DNA from: Leucoraja ocellata
Taxonomy: Eukaryota
Assembly: GCA_036785375.1 (NCBI GenBank)
Contig: JAWMAR010002887.1
Coordinates: 1 to 64,000, forward strand
Reading direction: 5' to 3'
DNA: 64,000 bases
Shown here: in pieces, positions 1 to 11,243 of the stretch
Layout: each line of letters starts with the position of its first letter
Numbering within the stretch: the first letter of the stretch is position 1
Notes under the pieces: generated by a model
Told to the model about the DNA's origin: nothing
Seen by the model: the letters and a program-made list of their open reading frames with translations, nothing else
The model's database searches: none
Position numbers and translations under genes: made by a program

Positions 1-299
1 GAAGATCATCTTTTTGGCATTTACTCTACCTATAAGGGAACTGGCAAGTGTTTTTCAGAATTGAATCTGGGCATTTAATAGTGAGATTAAACGAGTACTT
101 ACCAGTACGAAGTTTGATCTGTATTTTATGAGGAGTTACGATGAGGGATTACGTGAAGAACCCACCCAGCGCGCAGGCGCGGCATACTTCCAAGCAGCGG
201 TGTGGAATCACAGATAGACACAAATTGAAGTAAAGATAGTAAAGATTAATGAGACATCAGTCCGAGTTTGATCTATACAATGAGGGTGGGAGCGGAGGG

Positions 300-412
300 C
301 ACGTAATCCCTCATCGTAACTCCTCATAAAATACAGATCAAACTTCGTACTGGTAAGTACTCGTTTAATCTCACTATTTTACTTCGGAGTCACGTGAGTG
401 ACTACGTGAAGA
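300..412. repeat. Internal complementary region (ICR) of DIRS A
   Basis: 300-378 is an exact 79-bp reverse complement of 77-155. 377-412 is the reverse complement of 4837-4872 with 1 mismatch. Together they spell the circle junction ...ctcacta-TTTT-acttc... Confidence 0.95.
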
Positions 413-569
413 CTTCAAAGGTCTGTGATTTCAAACCGTGTAACAGTTTTATCACTCACTGCCGAAAGATCATCGAGGGAGGAAGTGGTAGCTAAAGACC
501 AACAAGTTTGTTAGTTTTAAAAAACAAATGTTTATTAAGAACAACAAAAAATAGCTCCCCTGGGCTTTA

Positions 570-1540
570 AATTATAAATTTGCGGTTTCTAAAATTCTCT
601 CCGCAAAGACGTCCTTCTGCATCAGCGGTTTGCGGTAGAATTTTGGAATGTCGATTCCCTTGACCATCCCGCTGCACTGAGGAATGTGGTCTAGGGGAAC
701 CTGCATCCGATCCGCCGCTGACGTGGACGCTGCCCTGGTTGAATGGGATTTAAAACATCTGTGTTAATCCCTGCCATATTAAGGACCTGTTTCACCATCT
801 GGATATTGTCTGGCTGGTAACCCTCCAAAAGGCTTTTTTATGGCTGACCCATAAGGCTTTCTCTCCCCTCTAAGAGTTTGGGTTGTGTCTATATAATTAT
901 AAAGGTGGTCACCACACACAGCCTAGGTTCTGGAGGGTATGCCCGGAAGATCAACGGGGAGTTGGATGTACCTGGTCTGCTCTGTTTGACCAACCCCGGC
1001 ATGGTAAACGTAATGGTATCTGGGGTGGTCACCATGTGGTCCAGATTTAACTGATGCAGCGACTGAACCCTCTGAGCTGAGACAAGCGCCATGAGCATGA
1101 GGGTCTTATAAGTGGACTGTTCCAGGCTCAGGGATCCCACCGGAGGCCAACCTCGAAGGTGTGACAATACTACACTAACATCCCACATATGGGTGTATCT
1201 AGGTTGTAGGGGTTTGGTGTTATAGATCCCTTTAAGGAGTTTGATAACCAGAGGGTGGGATCCAACACTATGCTGTCCTATGGGCATAAGGTATGCGGAC
1301 AGGGCGCTCGAGCTGCATTGATGGCACTGTAGCTCATCTTTAGGTCATGGTGCAGGTGGGCCAGGAACTCCAGCACATCCGAGATCGAAGCCGTCTTGTA
1401 GGATGTCCCTGCTTCCAGACAGTACTGTTCCCATTTCCTGATGTAGGTCAGGTACTGTTTCTTGGTGGAAACTCGCAGGGATGCCGACATGGGGTGATTG
1501 TTCTCTCTGATAACCCCAATCCCCGGTAAGGTCTGTTCAG
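570..1540 (-). pseudogene. DIRS A tyrosine recombinase (frameshifted)
   Basis: ORFs 1278-1490 (SAM-like N-terminus, STKKQY...YSAINAAR) and 889-1287 (KTLMLMALVSAQRVQSL). The catalytic region KSHSTRAASTS...AGW can be read around 660-750. Confidence 0.9.
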
Positions 1541-3466
1541 AATCTGGAAACCAGGAGGTTCAATTTTTGGTGGCATGGATGACTAATGCCAGTTACCGGG
1601 TGAGTCAATAATTGGGGGTGGTTATGAAGGACCATAGGTGTCTCTACCACCATGTCGTGGAACATTGGGAACCATGGTTGGGTAGGCCAGTCGGGCACGA
1701 CCAGAATGCCGGAGGCTGAGTCTGCCTGAATTTTCTGGAGTACCCGACTGATGAGGCAGAAGGGAGGGAAAGCATAGAAAAAGAAATTTCCCCAATCCAG
1801 CGTGAAGGCATCTACCGCTGCTGCCTCTGGGTCTGGTTCCCAAGCCACATACATGGGTATTTGGTGATTTAGTCTAGACGCAAACAAATCTATATCTGGC
1901 GTACATATTGCTTGACAATTCTAGCAAATAGTTTTGGGTCCAACATCCATTCGATGTTGTCATTGAATTTTCGTGACCTGGTGTCCGCCACTAAATTTAG
2001 CTTGCCTGGTAAATAGGCAGCTGATAGCCAAATATGTCTCTCGACACACCATTGCCAGATTATAGTAGTTAATTTGTCGCATGATACTGATTTTATGCCA
2101 CCCATGTGCTGGATATAAGATACCGCCGTAGTGTTGTCAATCATAATCCTAACATGCACATGCGCATATCAGATGTATATGCTTTTAGCCCATAAAAGGC
2201 GGCGAGCATTTCCAAGAAGTTAATGCCCAGTGATTGTAGTAGCGATGCCTCTGAGTTAGTCCATCTGCCACCTGTGCTGTCTATGGAGTTAGTAGCTCCC
2301 AGCCTAAAGCACTGGCATCCGTTGTAATGGTTATGTTAGGATTGGTTACGGCGATAGGACTGTGACTGTGCCAAATATTATCGACCCACCACTGAAGTTC
2401 TGATTTGGCTTCAGTGGGTACTCCATTTTGCGGTCATAATACCCCCTATTAAGACGTAGTGCATGAGTCCTTGCTCTTTACAAATTTTGATAATGCAAGG
2501 GCCTATGTTGGGCAGCCGGGAATGCTGCTACTATAGAGCAATAACTCTGGCTACGTGCCGTATCCTTGGTTGCGGTGTAGCAATTAAATGGTTACAAGCT
2601 TCGATGAGTGAAACTTTTTTGTCTCTGGGCAGAGTGACAGTCATATGGATAGTGTCAATAGTGAAGCCTAGGTAATCCATGTTAGTAGTAGGCTCCAATA
2701 TTGATTTATCTGGGTGTAGGATGAATCCCAAAGTTTCAAGGAGTTGTTTAGTGGCTAAAACTCCTGCGACAGCTAGTTCCCTTGTTCTCCCTAATATGAG
2801 AACTTCGTCCAGATAGGCCACGACTAAATGTTTTTGTTCTCTCAATTTTTTCATGGCCACTTTGAGAATTTTTGTAAATAATCTGGGAGCTGTCGTTAAA
2901 CCATTGGGCAAGGCTCTGTACTGCCATAGCTGGCCCATCCAGATAAATTTCAGATATTTGTAATAATCCTTATGAATGGGTACTAAATAGTAAGCATCCT
3001 TGATATCTATGCTTGCCATGTAGTATCCCTTGGAGATCAGTTGTCTGGCAGTGACAAATGTCTCCATTTTGAAATGTTGATACTCAACAGACTGATTAAG
3101 TGACGTCAGATCAATAATAATGCGACATCCACCATCTTTTTTGGATTTGAGAAAAATATTTGATACAAATTCTTGCGGCTCGTGTGTGGTCATTTCTATG
3201 ATGCCTTTAGCCACGAGCCGATCTAGTTCAGCTTGTCCTTCTACCTTCTCAACTGCTGAGGGAAGGAATACCCTTTGGGGCATGTGCTGAACTGGCGGTT
3301 CTATGCCTGGTTTGAATTCAATTTTGTATCCACTGATACTGTTGAGTATAAACTTATTGTTAGTAAGGGAGCACCAAACATGCTTGAAGAACCTCAAACG
3401 TCCTCCTGTTAATACAACACCCTTTGTCTGTGCATGTTGGCAGGAACCAGACCCACCTACCTCCAT
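1537..3466 (-). pseudogene. DIRS A RT / RNase H / N6-adenine-methyltransferase-like polyprotein (frameshifted)
   Basis: RT motifs SIDIKDAY, LPNGLTTAPRLFTK and YLDE (not YLDD); RNase H IDNTTAV and ADTRSR; MT-like DLFASRLN...YAFPPF...PDWPTQPWF. Confidence 0.92.
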
Positions 3467-3468
3467 GT

Positions 3469-4692
3469 TTATTTGTGGGGCCGTTTCCGATAGGTTTGGC
3501 CCAAGGTTGTCCGTGTTGGTGCTGCGGTGGGGCGGCGCATCTTCCCACAGCTCCGCCCTGGGCCCCGCTCTAAAAAAGAGCTCTGGGGGTAGTGGGAGGC
3601 GGTCACCAGGCTTTCACCAGCTCGGTACCTGCTGGTGGATGCTGAGGCGTGCTGCCAACTGGGTGTCTTCACCCTGCTCGGTCCTGGCGCTGCCCTCATG
3701 AGGCCTACAGGTTTGGCTGCCTCTTCCAACTCTTTTAGTTTTTTGGCCAGGTCTGCACCAAATAGCAGCGCCTCCCGTTCCGGCGCTGGGGCTTTGCAGA
3801 GGCCTGCGTATTTTGGATTGAGGGCAGGCCTGATGTTATCCCGCCGTAGGCTGTTGAGCTCGTACGTGGTGTTGCACATCAACGCCAGTGCATCCATATG
3901 GGGTATGGAAAGCTCTTCGTTCCCGACGGACCGAGCAAAGGCGGTGATGGCTGCAGAGTGGAGCTTCAGGACCCGCTGCATTTTTACTTCGTGAGTCCTG
4001 ATCTGCTGCCCCAGCTGGTTCCATATTTGCCCGTTGACTGTTTTCACCCGCAGCGCCTCGCAATTCTCTGGCGCTGTATAGGTTTCAAGGGCCTGCTGGA
4101 CGACCTTCTCCAGCAGCGGCTTGTTGGAAAGCCTATTGATGCTGGCCGCCAGTCTAGGTGGTAGTACCATCCCGGTCGTTGGGGGCGCAGCGTACCGACC
4201 CACTACACCCAGTAGCTCTTCTTCCAGCACGCCCGGCATACTGATGTTGTCGTCCGCCTGCCCTTGGGATAGGCCAGCCCAGTCCTGGCCTCCCTTACTG
4301 CCCTCGAACATAGAGGGTACAGAAGGGTGTGGTGATGGTAAGGAGGAGGCCAAAGCCCGTCCTCCTGGGAGATGCCTAGCCTGCATCTCCTCATCAATCA
4401 TTTGTTCCAAGAGCTGCCTCATGCAGCTGATGTGGGCGTCTCCCCGCTTCGGCGGTGGAGAGCGTTCCCGTTCCTCCGACGAATCGGGGGACACCGGCCG
4501 GTCCGTTTTATGGGTAGCCTTCCTCCCTGTGCGGGGCGTTGATATCGGCAGCACAGGGGGCGGCTCGGCGTCGGGTGAGCGGGAGCGTTGAAATGGCTCC
4601 TCCGCTACGAGTGGCTGCCGCCCAGCTATGGACCCCTCCTCGGGTGGAGTAGGGCAGGCAGTCCTTCTGGCTGGTCGCTTTCGGGTGGCCAT
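3469..4692 (-). CDS. DIRS A gag-like ORF (open; first ATG at 4692)
   Basis: Uninterrupted frame within the 421-aa ORF 3469-4734, lying between the 5' ITR and RT. Homologous to gag remnants in copies B and C (ITAFARSV, CNTTYELNSLRR, NPKYAGLCK). Confidence 0.85.
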   Translation of the reverse strand: MATRKRPARRTACPTPPEEGSIAGRQPLVAEEPFQRSRSPDAEPPPVLPISTPRTGRKATHKTDRPVSPDSSEERERSPPPKRGDAHISCMRQLLEQMIDEEMQARHLPGGRALASSLPSPHPSVPSMFEGSKGGQDWAGLSQGQADDNISMPGVLEEELLGVVGRYAAPPTTGMVLPPRLAASINRLSNKPLLEKVVQQALETYTAPENCEALRVKTVNGQIWNQLGQQIRTHEVKMQRVLKLHSAAITAFARSVGNEELSIPHMDALALMCNTTYELNSLRRDNIRPALNPKYAGLCKAPAPEREALLFGADLAKKLKELEEAAKPVGLMRAAPGPSRVKTPSWQHASASTSRYRAGESLVTASHYPQSSFLERGPGRSCGKMRRPTAAPTRTTLGQTYRKRPHK

Positions 4693-5136
4693 AATTCTCC
4701 ACCTTTGAGCGACTCTGTAACACAAAAAAGGCACTTACCTGAGGTTTTGACTTTATGCTGCCGCTGGAGAGCCTGGCTCCAGCTGCTGCCGCTGTTGCAC
4801 TGCTGACGTAATGCCGCGCCTGCGCGCTGGGTGGGTTCTTCACGTAGTCACTCACGTGACTCTGAAGTAAAATTTAGTAATTAATGGTGGGAAATTTGTT
4901 TGAAATATAGATGTGTATTTTCTAGTCATGTAAACTTTAAGGTATCTAAAATTTTCAGTAACAATTCTAAAGGGAAATTTTTGGAGTTGTGAAGGGTCTT
5001 GAGCTTTTATTGGCATAATTTAACTTTTATTCCAGTTCATTCTATACCCTGAAAAGGCACCAAATTGTTCTATAAGGTTTAATACATTTGGGATATTGTA
5101 GACTTTAACCCATTCTTTTGCTTCCTGTATAAAGAC

Positions 5137-5770
5137 ACACAACTTCTGGAGGGGAATATTTGATATCTTCTCTAAAATACTTACAATTAAACTGGATCCA
5201 GATATAAATGATCAATTTAGGTATGTCAGAGGCCTGTTCTAAGCTAACGATATTTCAAAGATGTTTCCTTGACTATGGCCTAATGACTGCGAAAAAGCTC
5301 ATACTCAAATTTTGGAAAAAGATAACGGTTCCCACAGTGAAGATGTGGATTACTCATATGTCCGAGACACTACATTTAGAAAACATTAGGCTTTATTTGG
5401 CTAAAAAATCAGATCAATTTCTCAAAACATGGTCGCCTTTCACTGAATTTCTGCAAAAACAGAATGGTTAAACACAAATTTAAAACCGATGCTAGGGATG
5501 GGTGAGGGAGGGGGGAAAGTATATCTCCATCTTCCTTTTTCTTATTTATCTTCTTTCCTCTTGCACTTCTTGGGTAGTTTAGGGGTCTTTTCCTTTTTTT
5601 TTAAATTTTACTTCTTTTTCCTCATTCTCTCCTTTTTTCTCTTTTTTTCTCTTTTTTTATTTTGGTTTCAATGTTAAAAATGAAGCTGTACAATAATTGT
5701 ATAACTGTCATGTCGATTGCTTTATTTATTCCTGTACAATTGCTTCTAATAAAATAAATTCAAAAAAAGA
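5137..5770 (+). mobile_element. L1-clade LINE, 3' fragment
   Basis: ORF2 C-terminus (AKKLILKFWK...PTVKMW...FLKTWSPF), followed by a T-rich 3' UTR, AATAAA and an A-rich end. Confidence 0.75.
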
Positions 5771-5972
5771 ATTAAGATTAAGGTAAATGATTTTCCTTAT
5801 ATTTTTAACTTGCATTACACATTAGTTTACAACAATTTAATGTATTTAACTACATTGGCTGATTTTACTTTAAATCCTTTAAAATATTATTTAAATTGAT
5901 AGAGCTGGTAAAGCTGCTGCCTCACCGCTCCAAAGACTCAGGCTCAATCACAACCTACAATTGTACTTCTGG

Positions 5973-7650
5973 ATGACAATAGACAATAGGTGCAGGAATA
6001 GGCCCTTCGGTCCTATGAGCCAGCACTGACATTCAATGTGATCATGGCTGATCATCCCCAATCGGTACCCCTTCTCCCCATATCCCCTGACTCCGCTATC
6101 TTTCAGAGCCCCATCTAGCTCTCTCTCTTGAAAGTATCCAGAGAACTGGCCTCCACCATCCTCTGAAGCAGGGAATTTCACAGACTCACAACTCTGTGTG
6201 AAAAAGTGTTTCCTCATCTCCATTCTAAATGGCTTACCCCTTATCCGTAAACTGTGGCCACTGGTTCAAAACCTTCCCAACATCGGGAACATGTTTCCTG
6301 CCTCTACCGTGTCCAAACCTTTAATAATCTTATATGTTTCAATAAGATTCCCTCTCATCCTTCTAAACTCCAGAGTATACAAGTCCAGCCACTACATTCT
6401 CTCAGCATGTAACAGTCCCACCATACTGGGAATTAACCTTGTAAACCTACGCTGCACTCACTCAATAGCAAGAATGTCCTTCCTCAAATTAGGGGACCAA
6501 AACTGTACACAATACTCCAGGTGTGGTCTCATTAGGGCCCTCTACGACTGCAGAAGGACATCTTTGCTCCGATACTCAACTGTTCTTTTTATGAAGGCCA
6601 ACATGCCATTCGCTGTCTTCACTGCCTGCTGTACCTGAATGTTTACTTTCATTGACTGATGAACAAGGACCCCAGATCCCTTTGTACTTCCCCTTTTCCC
6701 AACTTGACACTATTTAGACAGTAATCTGCCTTTCTGTTTTTGCTAACTCACATTTATCCACATTAAACTGCATCTGCCATGCAACTGCCCACTCACCCAA
6801 CCTGTCCAAGTCACCTTGCATTCTCATAGCATCCTCCTTACAGTTCACACTGCCACCCAGCTTTGTGTCATCTGCAAATTTGCTAATGTTACTTTGAATC
6901 CCTTCATCTAAATCATTGATGAATATTGTAAATAACTGTGTTCCCAGCACCGAGCCATGTGGTACCCCACTACTCACTGCCTGTCATTCTGAAAGGGACC
7001 CGTTAATCCCTACTCTTTGTTTCCTGTCTGCCAACCAATTTTCTATCCATGTCAGCACTCTACCCCCAATACCATGTGCCCAAATTTGCCCACTAATCTC
7101 CTATGTGGGACCTTATCAAATGCTTACTGAAAGTACACTGCATGCACTGGCTGTCCTTTGTCCATTTCCTAGCTACATCCTGAAAAAAATTCCAGAAGAT
7201 TAGTCAAGCATGATTTCCCCTTTGTAAATCCATGCTGACTCGGACCGATCCTGCTACTGCTATCCAATTGTGCCGATATTTCATCTTTTATCATTGACTC
7301 CAGCATCTTCCCCACCACCAATGTCAGGCTAACTGGTCTATAATTCCCTGCTTTCTCTCTCCTGCCTTTCTTAAAAAGTAGGATAAAATTAGCTACCCTC
7401 CAATCCACAGGAACTGATCCTAAATCTAAAGAACATTGGAAAATTATCACCAAAGCAACCACGATTTCTAGGCCCTTCCTTAATTACCCCAGGATGCAGA
7501 CCATCAGGCCCTGGGGATTTATCAGCCTTCAATCCCATCTGTCTACCCAATACCATTTCCTGCCTAATGTTGTTTTCCTTCAGTTATTCTGTCACACCAG
7601 ATCCTTTGGCCACTAGTGCATCAGGAAGATTGTTTGTGTCCTCCTTAGTG
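5973..7650 (-). mobile_element. CR1-clade LINE, 5'-truncated and degenerate
   Basis: RT motifs NYRPVSLT, QHGFTKGKSCLTNL, GVPHGSVLG and KFADDTKL; (CTATTGT)n tail near 5975. Confidence 0.9.
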
Positions 7651-8209
7651 CTCTGTTTTTTTTCCCAGATCCTCAAAAGGTGAGGGGAGGCAGGTTAATT
7701 GGCCATATTAAATTGCGCTTCGTACATTGGTGAGTGGTAGAATCTGGGGGTAGTTGATGGGAAGGTAGGGAATATAAATAGGGTTATTGTAAATGAATGA
7801 CTAATGGTCAATGCAGTAGATGGAGGGATCTGTTTCTGTGCTGTACATCTCTGACTGTTTTTAAATTCTAATGAGTATCAGAGATATTGAAAAACAATTG
7901 AAATATATGTGATAGCAGTGAGCTGTCAAAGGTACCAGAGTGGTGTCAGGTGCCTCAGGTCCTTTCAACTGAGGCTCAGCTTGCAGTTATGATCTGCTCT
8001 GCCTCATTGAAGGGCAGTGGAGTGGTAGACTCCAGCACAGTACATACAAGTGTGTTCAATGAGTGTCTCAATTAGTTGGATCAGATATGGGGAAATGTAT
8101 GTGGCTCGATATGAAAATCTAAATAAAAAGCCATGGCCAAATGTGAAAAGCCAATTAAAAATACCATGGAGACATTAATACTAGAAACAGTAGGTTCTAG
8201 TCCTGGACC

Positions 8210-8570
8210 AGAGCCCGAGAGCATGGTCCATTATTCATTTTAATCAATGCTGATCCTCAATACCATGATTTCTCTCTCTCGCCTCATTAACCTTGAGGGC
8301 ATTTGTATCGAGAAATCCATCTACCATCTTTCTAAATATATTCGCTGACTTGTTCTCCACATTTCCGTGGTAGAGAATTCCATAGTTTCATTATCCTCTG
8401 GGTCAAGAAATGTCTCTTCATTTCAGTCCTAAATACCTTGCCATGTAACTTGTGACAGTGAAGCTCTGAACACACCAGAGGTGGAAATATCATCCCTGCA
8501 TCTCGTCTGTTTAACCCTGTCAGAGTTTGTGTTTCCATGTTCAATGTCCACTCTTCTAAACTCTGGTGAA
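8210..8570 (-). mobile_element. Old CR1 3' fragment
   Basis: FRTEMKRHFLTQRIMKLWNSLP matches the CR1 ORF2 C-terminus. Confidence 0.65.
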
Positions 8571-9439
8571 TACCCACACAATATTAGCTTCTATCTTAAG
8601 ACATCTGGAAGTCAGGGAATCATGCTATAACTCACTGTTGAGGTTGTTAAATTTGACTTTGTATTGCAGACAATGTTTGGTGATATGGAGACACTCCAGC
8701 TTTTACATTATTCCCCATATTATGCAGTCTGATGATTTTAGGTCAATACCATCTACATCAATAATACCATCCTTCCTATATATTTTATTCTTGCAGCCAA
8801 CACCTTCACATCACCGTATTCAAGCCACAAGCCCTATTCTTCACTCCTTCAGCAGATTCCATTTCTTTCTTCGTTCCTCTAATGTGTTCACTCTGATAAA
8901 TTACAGATCTTCTCAGCCGGTTCTCATATGTTCTTCTACTTCCTTCCCCACATAATAAATCTTCCTTCTGGTCCATCCATCCTGGTTACATCTCAGTGTT
9001 GTGTACCAGCTGGACTAGAAATGTGGTTGCAAAGTCAGCCGTTAGTGCGCAAAACACGTTTCATGATGGCTTAGATTTTAAACCGTGTAGCCTACATGGT
9101 GTGAAAGGTAAGGCATCGAGAAACAGATGTTTTGTGCATTGTTGGCCAATCCAAATCTCTTGTGCAGCTGTTCTAGCCTATCCAGCTTTCCACCAGAACT
9201 AATAGGATTGTTGGGAACAGTAAAAACCAAGATTATTAAAGACTTCAGATCTTGTCGATCCAATTCTCCCAACTGGAACCTGCACATGTACTGATCTGGT
9301 CTGGCTGTGGGGAACAAACCTTGGTGATCCATTTCGCCTCTGCTTCAAGTCTGACGAGTCTCCAGAGATGCAGTGCAGCAAACTTCACCACTGAAAGCTT
9401 TGACAGTGTTGGCTATGAAATCTAAAAAAAGGCTTATGT

Positions 9440-11243
9440 ATTTATTTATTTATTTAAAAAAAATTATTAGAAGTACAATAAGTTACAGTAATACACACCA
9501 CATACATCTTATTGCATTTGTTGTACCACTTCATTTTTTGAGCTTTAAGAGAGATAGAAATAAAAGAAATAAGGAAAGTGAGAAAGAGTCGTGATAGTGC
9601 AGGAAAGTGTTAGGAAAAGAAAGCACATTAGAAATAGAGTTAGAGAANNNNNNNNNNNNNNNNNNNNNNNNNNNNNNNNNNNNNNNNNNNNNNNNNNNNN
9701 NNNNNNNNNNNNNNNNNNNNNNNNNNNNNNNNNNNNNNNNNNNNNNNNNNNNNNNNNNNNNNNNNNNNNNNNNNNNNNNNNNNNNNNNNNNNNNNNNNNN
9801 NNNNNNNNNNNNNNNNNNNNNNNNNNNNNNNNNNNAGTGCGCTATGGAAGCTTCTTGAGACTGACATTTATCACAAATGGGTGAGACGTTAGGGAAAAGT
9901 TTATTTATTTTGGTTTTTGAATAGTATAGTCTATGTAAGGTTTTGAATTGAATTAGAGTGTGTCTTACGTTGATCGAGCATTTATGCACATATAGTAAGT
10001 GTTTATCCCAGCTCTCTTTTTAAATTTTTATAGCTAGTTTTTGTTCCCAGTCTTTTCTAATTGTCAGTTGTAGGTATTTCTATATTTAAAATAGTGTTAT
10101 ATAAGTATGATATTAGGTTTGCTGATTCGGCCTTTGTCTTCATTGCTTCGTCCAGTAAGTCTGGGGGCATGTTATGATAGTCTTTTGTGTATTTTTTCAG
10201 ATAGTCACACATTTGAAGATATTTAAAATATTGATTATTTCTCAAATTATTTTTCAGTTGTAATTATTGAAATGATAGTAATTTTCCAAATTCATATAAG
10301 TCTCCGAGCGTTTTAATTCCTATTATTTTCCATTGTGTAAATGATTTATCTATAGTAGAAGGTTTAAACGACAGATTATTGACTATTGGGGATAAAAGAG
10401 ATAGATTTCTTAATTTTAGATTCTGTTTTATTTGTTTCCAATTTCTAATTGTGCTATGTATAAGTGGATTTTTATTGTAATTTTTGTTATTCAGGTTCAT
10501 TGGTGAGAGGAGAAACACTCCTATATTGCACGGAGAGCAGTCCTCTCTCTCCATTACAATCCAGTCCACCTGCTGGGCCAACTGAAAAAACGGGAAGAAG
10601 ACCATGCAATTTTAAAGATTAAATCAGATAGAGGGGAATTATTAACACTACTCAATGATATCAATAAAAGGTTTGCTCAATTTTACCAGAATTTATACAC
10701 ATCCAAAATGTTAACAGACAATAATAAAGTTTCACAGTTCCTGGACCATTCTAGTTTTGGATCTTTCTCAGGATACAGAGTAAATTAGAACAAACATGAA
10801 ATTATGTCGATAAAACCAAAAGACTCAACACATCTCTTAAAATTCCCCTTTAAAATAGCCACAGAAAAACTTAAATATTTGGGAATTGAAATTACTAGAA
10901 ACTATCATGCTATGTTTAATGCCAATTATAGTCCCTTACTTAAGAAACTAAATACTCTAATCAAATTCTGGAAAACGCTCCCGATGTCTTTAATAGGTCG
11001 AATAAATGCTATAAAAATGATCTTTCTACCACAAATCCTATATCTATGTCAATCAATCCCTATATACCTTCCAAAAAAGTTTTTCAAAAAACTGGACTCA
11101 GACATTACAAATTTTATATGGGACTATAAATCCCACAGAATACAAAGAACACACCTGAGTAAACCCAAAGAGCTGGGTGGTCTAGCACTCCCTAACTTTA
11201 TGTACTATAATTGGGCTGTAAATATTAAAAATATGATTCACCT
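9440..11243 (-). mobile_element. L1-clade LINE with 5' inversion (9440-10578 minus, 10580-11243 plus)
   Basis: The plus segment ends ...GGLALPNFMYYNWAVNIKNMIHL. The minus segment begins AQQVDWIVME and runs through the Cys-rich C-terminus (CDKC...H) to an A-rich tail near 9440. Confidence 0.85.
9648..9835. other. Assembly gap (188 N)
   Basis: Run of N bases. Confidence 1.

Larger units (their letters stand above)
77..4872 (-). mobile_element. DIRS1-type tyrosine-recombinase retrotransposon (copy A), near full length
   Basis: ITR cores 150-185 and 4811-4846 are reverse complements. The ICR at 300-412 is complementary to both termini. Domain order is gag, RT, RNaseH, MT, YR. The element starts TTT and has no TSD. 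Confidence 0.95.

Noticed and set aside
570-3466. RT plus Dam-like methylase plus phage-type integrase read as a prokaryotic defence or retron system
   Set aside because: The domain order, the ITR/ICR ends and the vertebrate repeat context identify a DIRS retrotransposon.
3303-4806. Plus-strand ORFs of 72-156 aa
   Set aside because: Antisense shadows of the GC-rich gag; the same applies to the ORFs opposite the PLE (38215-38922) and the Gypsy integrase.
9531-9989. ORFs containing X runs
   Set aside because: Artefacts of the N gap.
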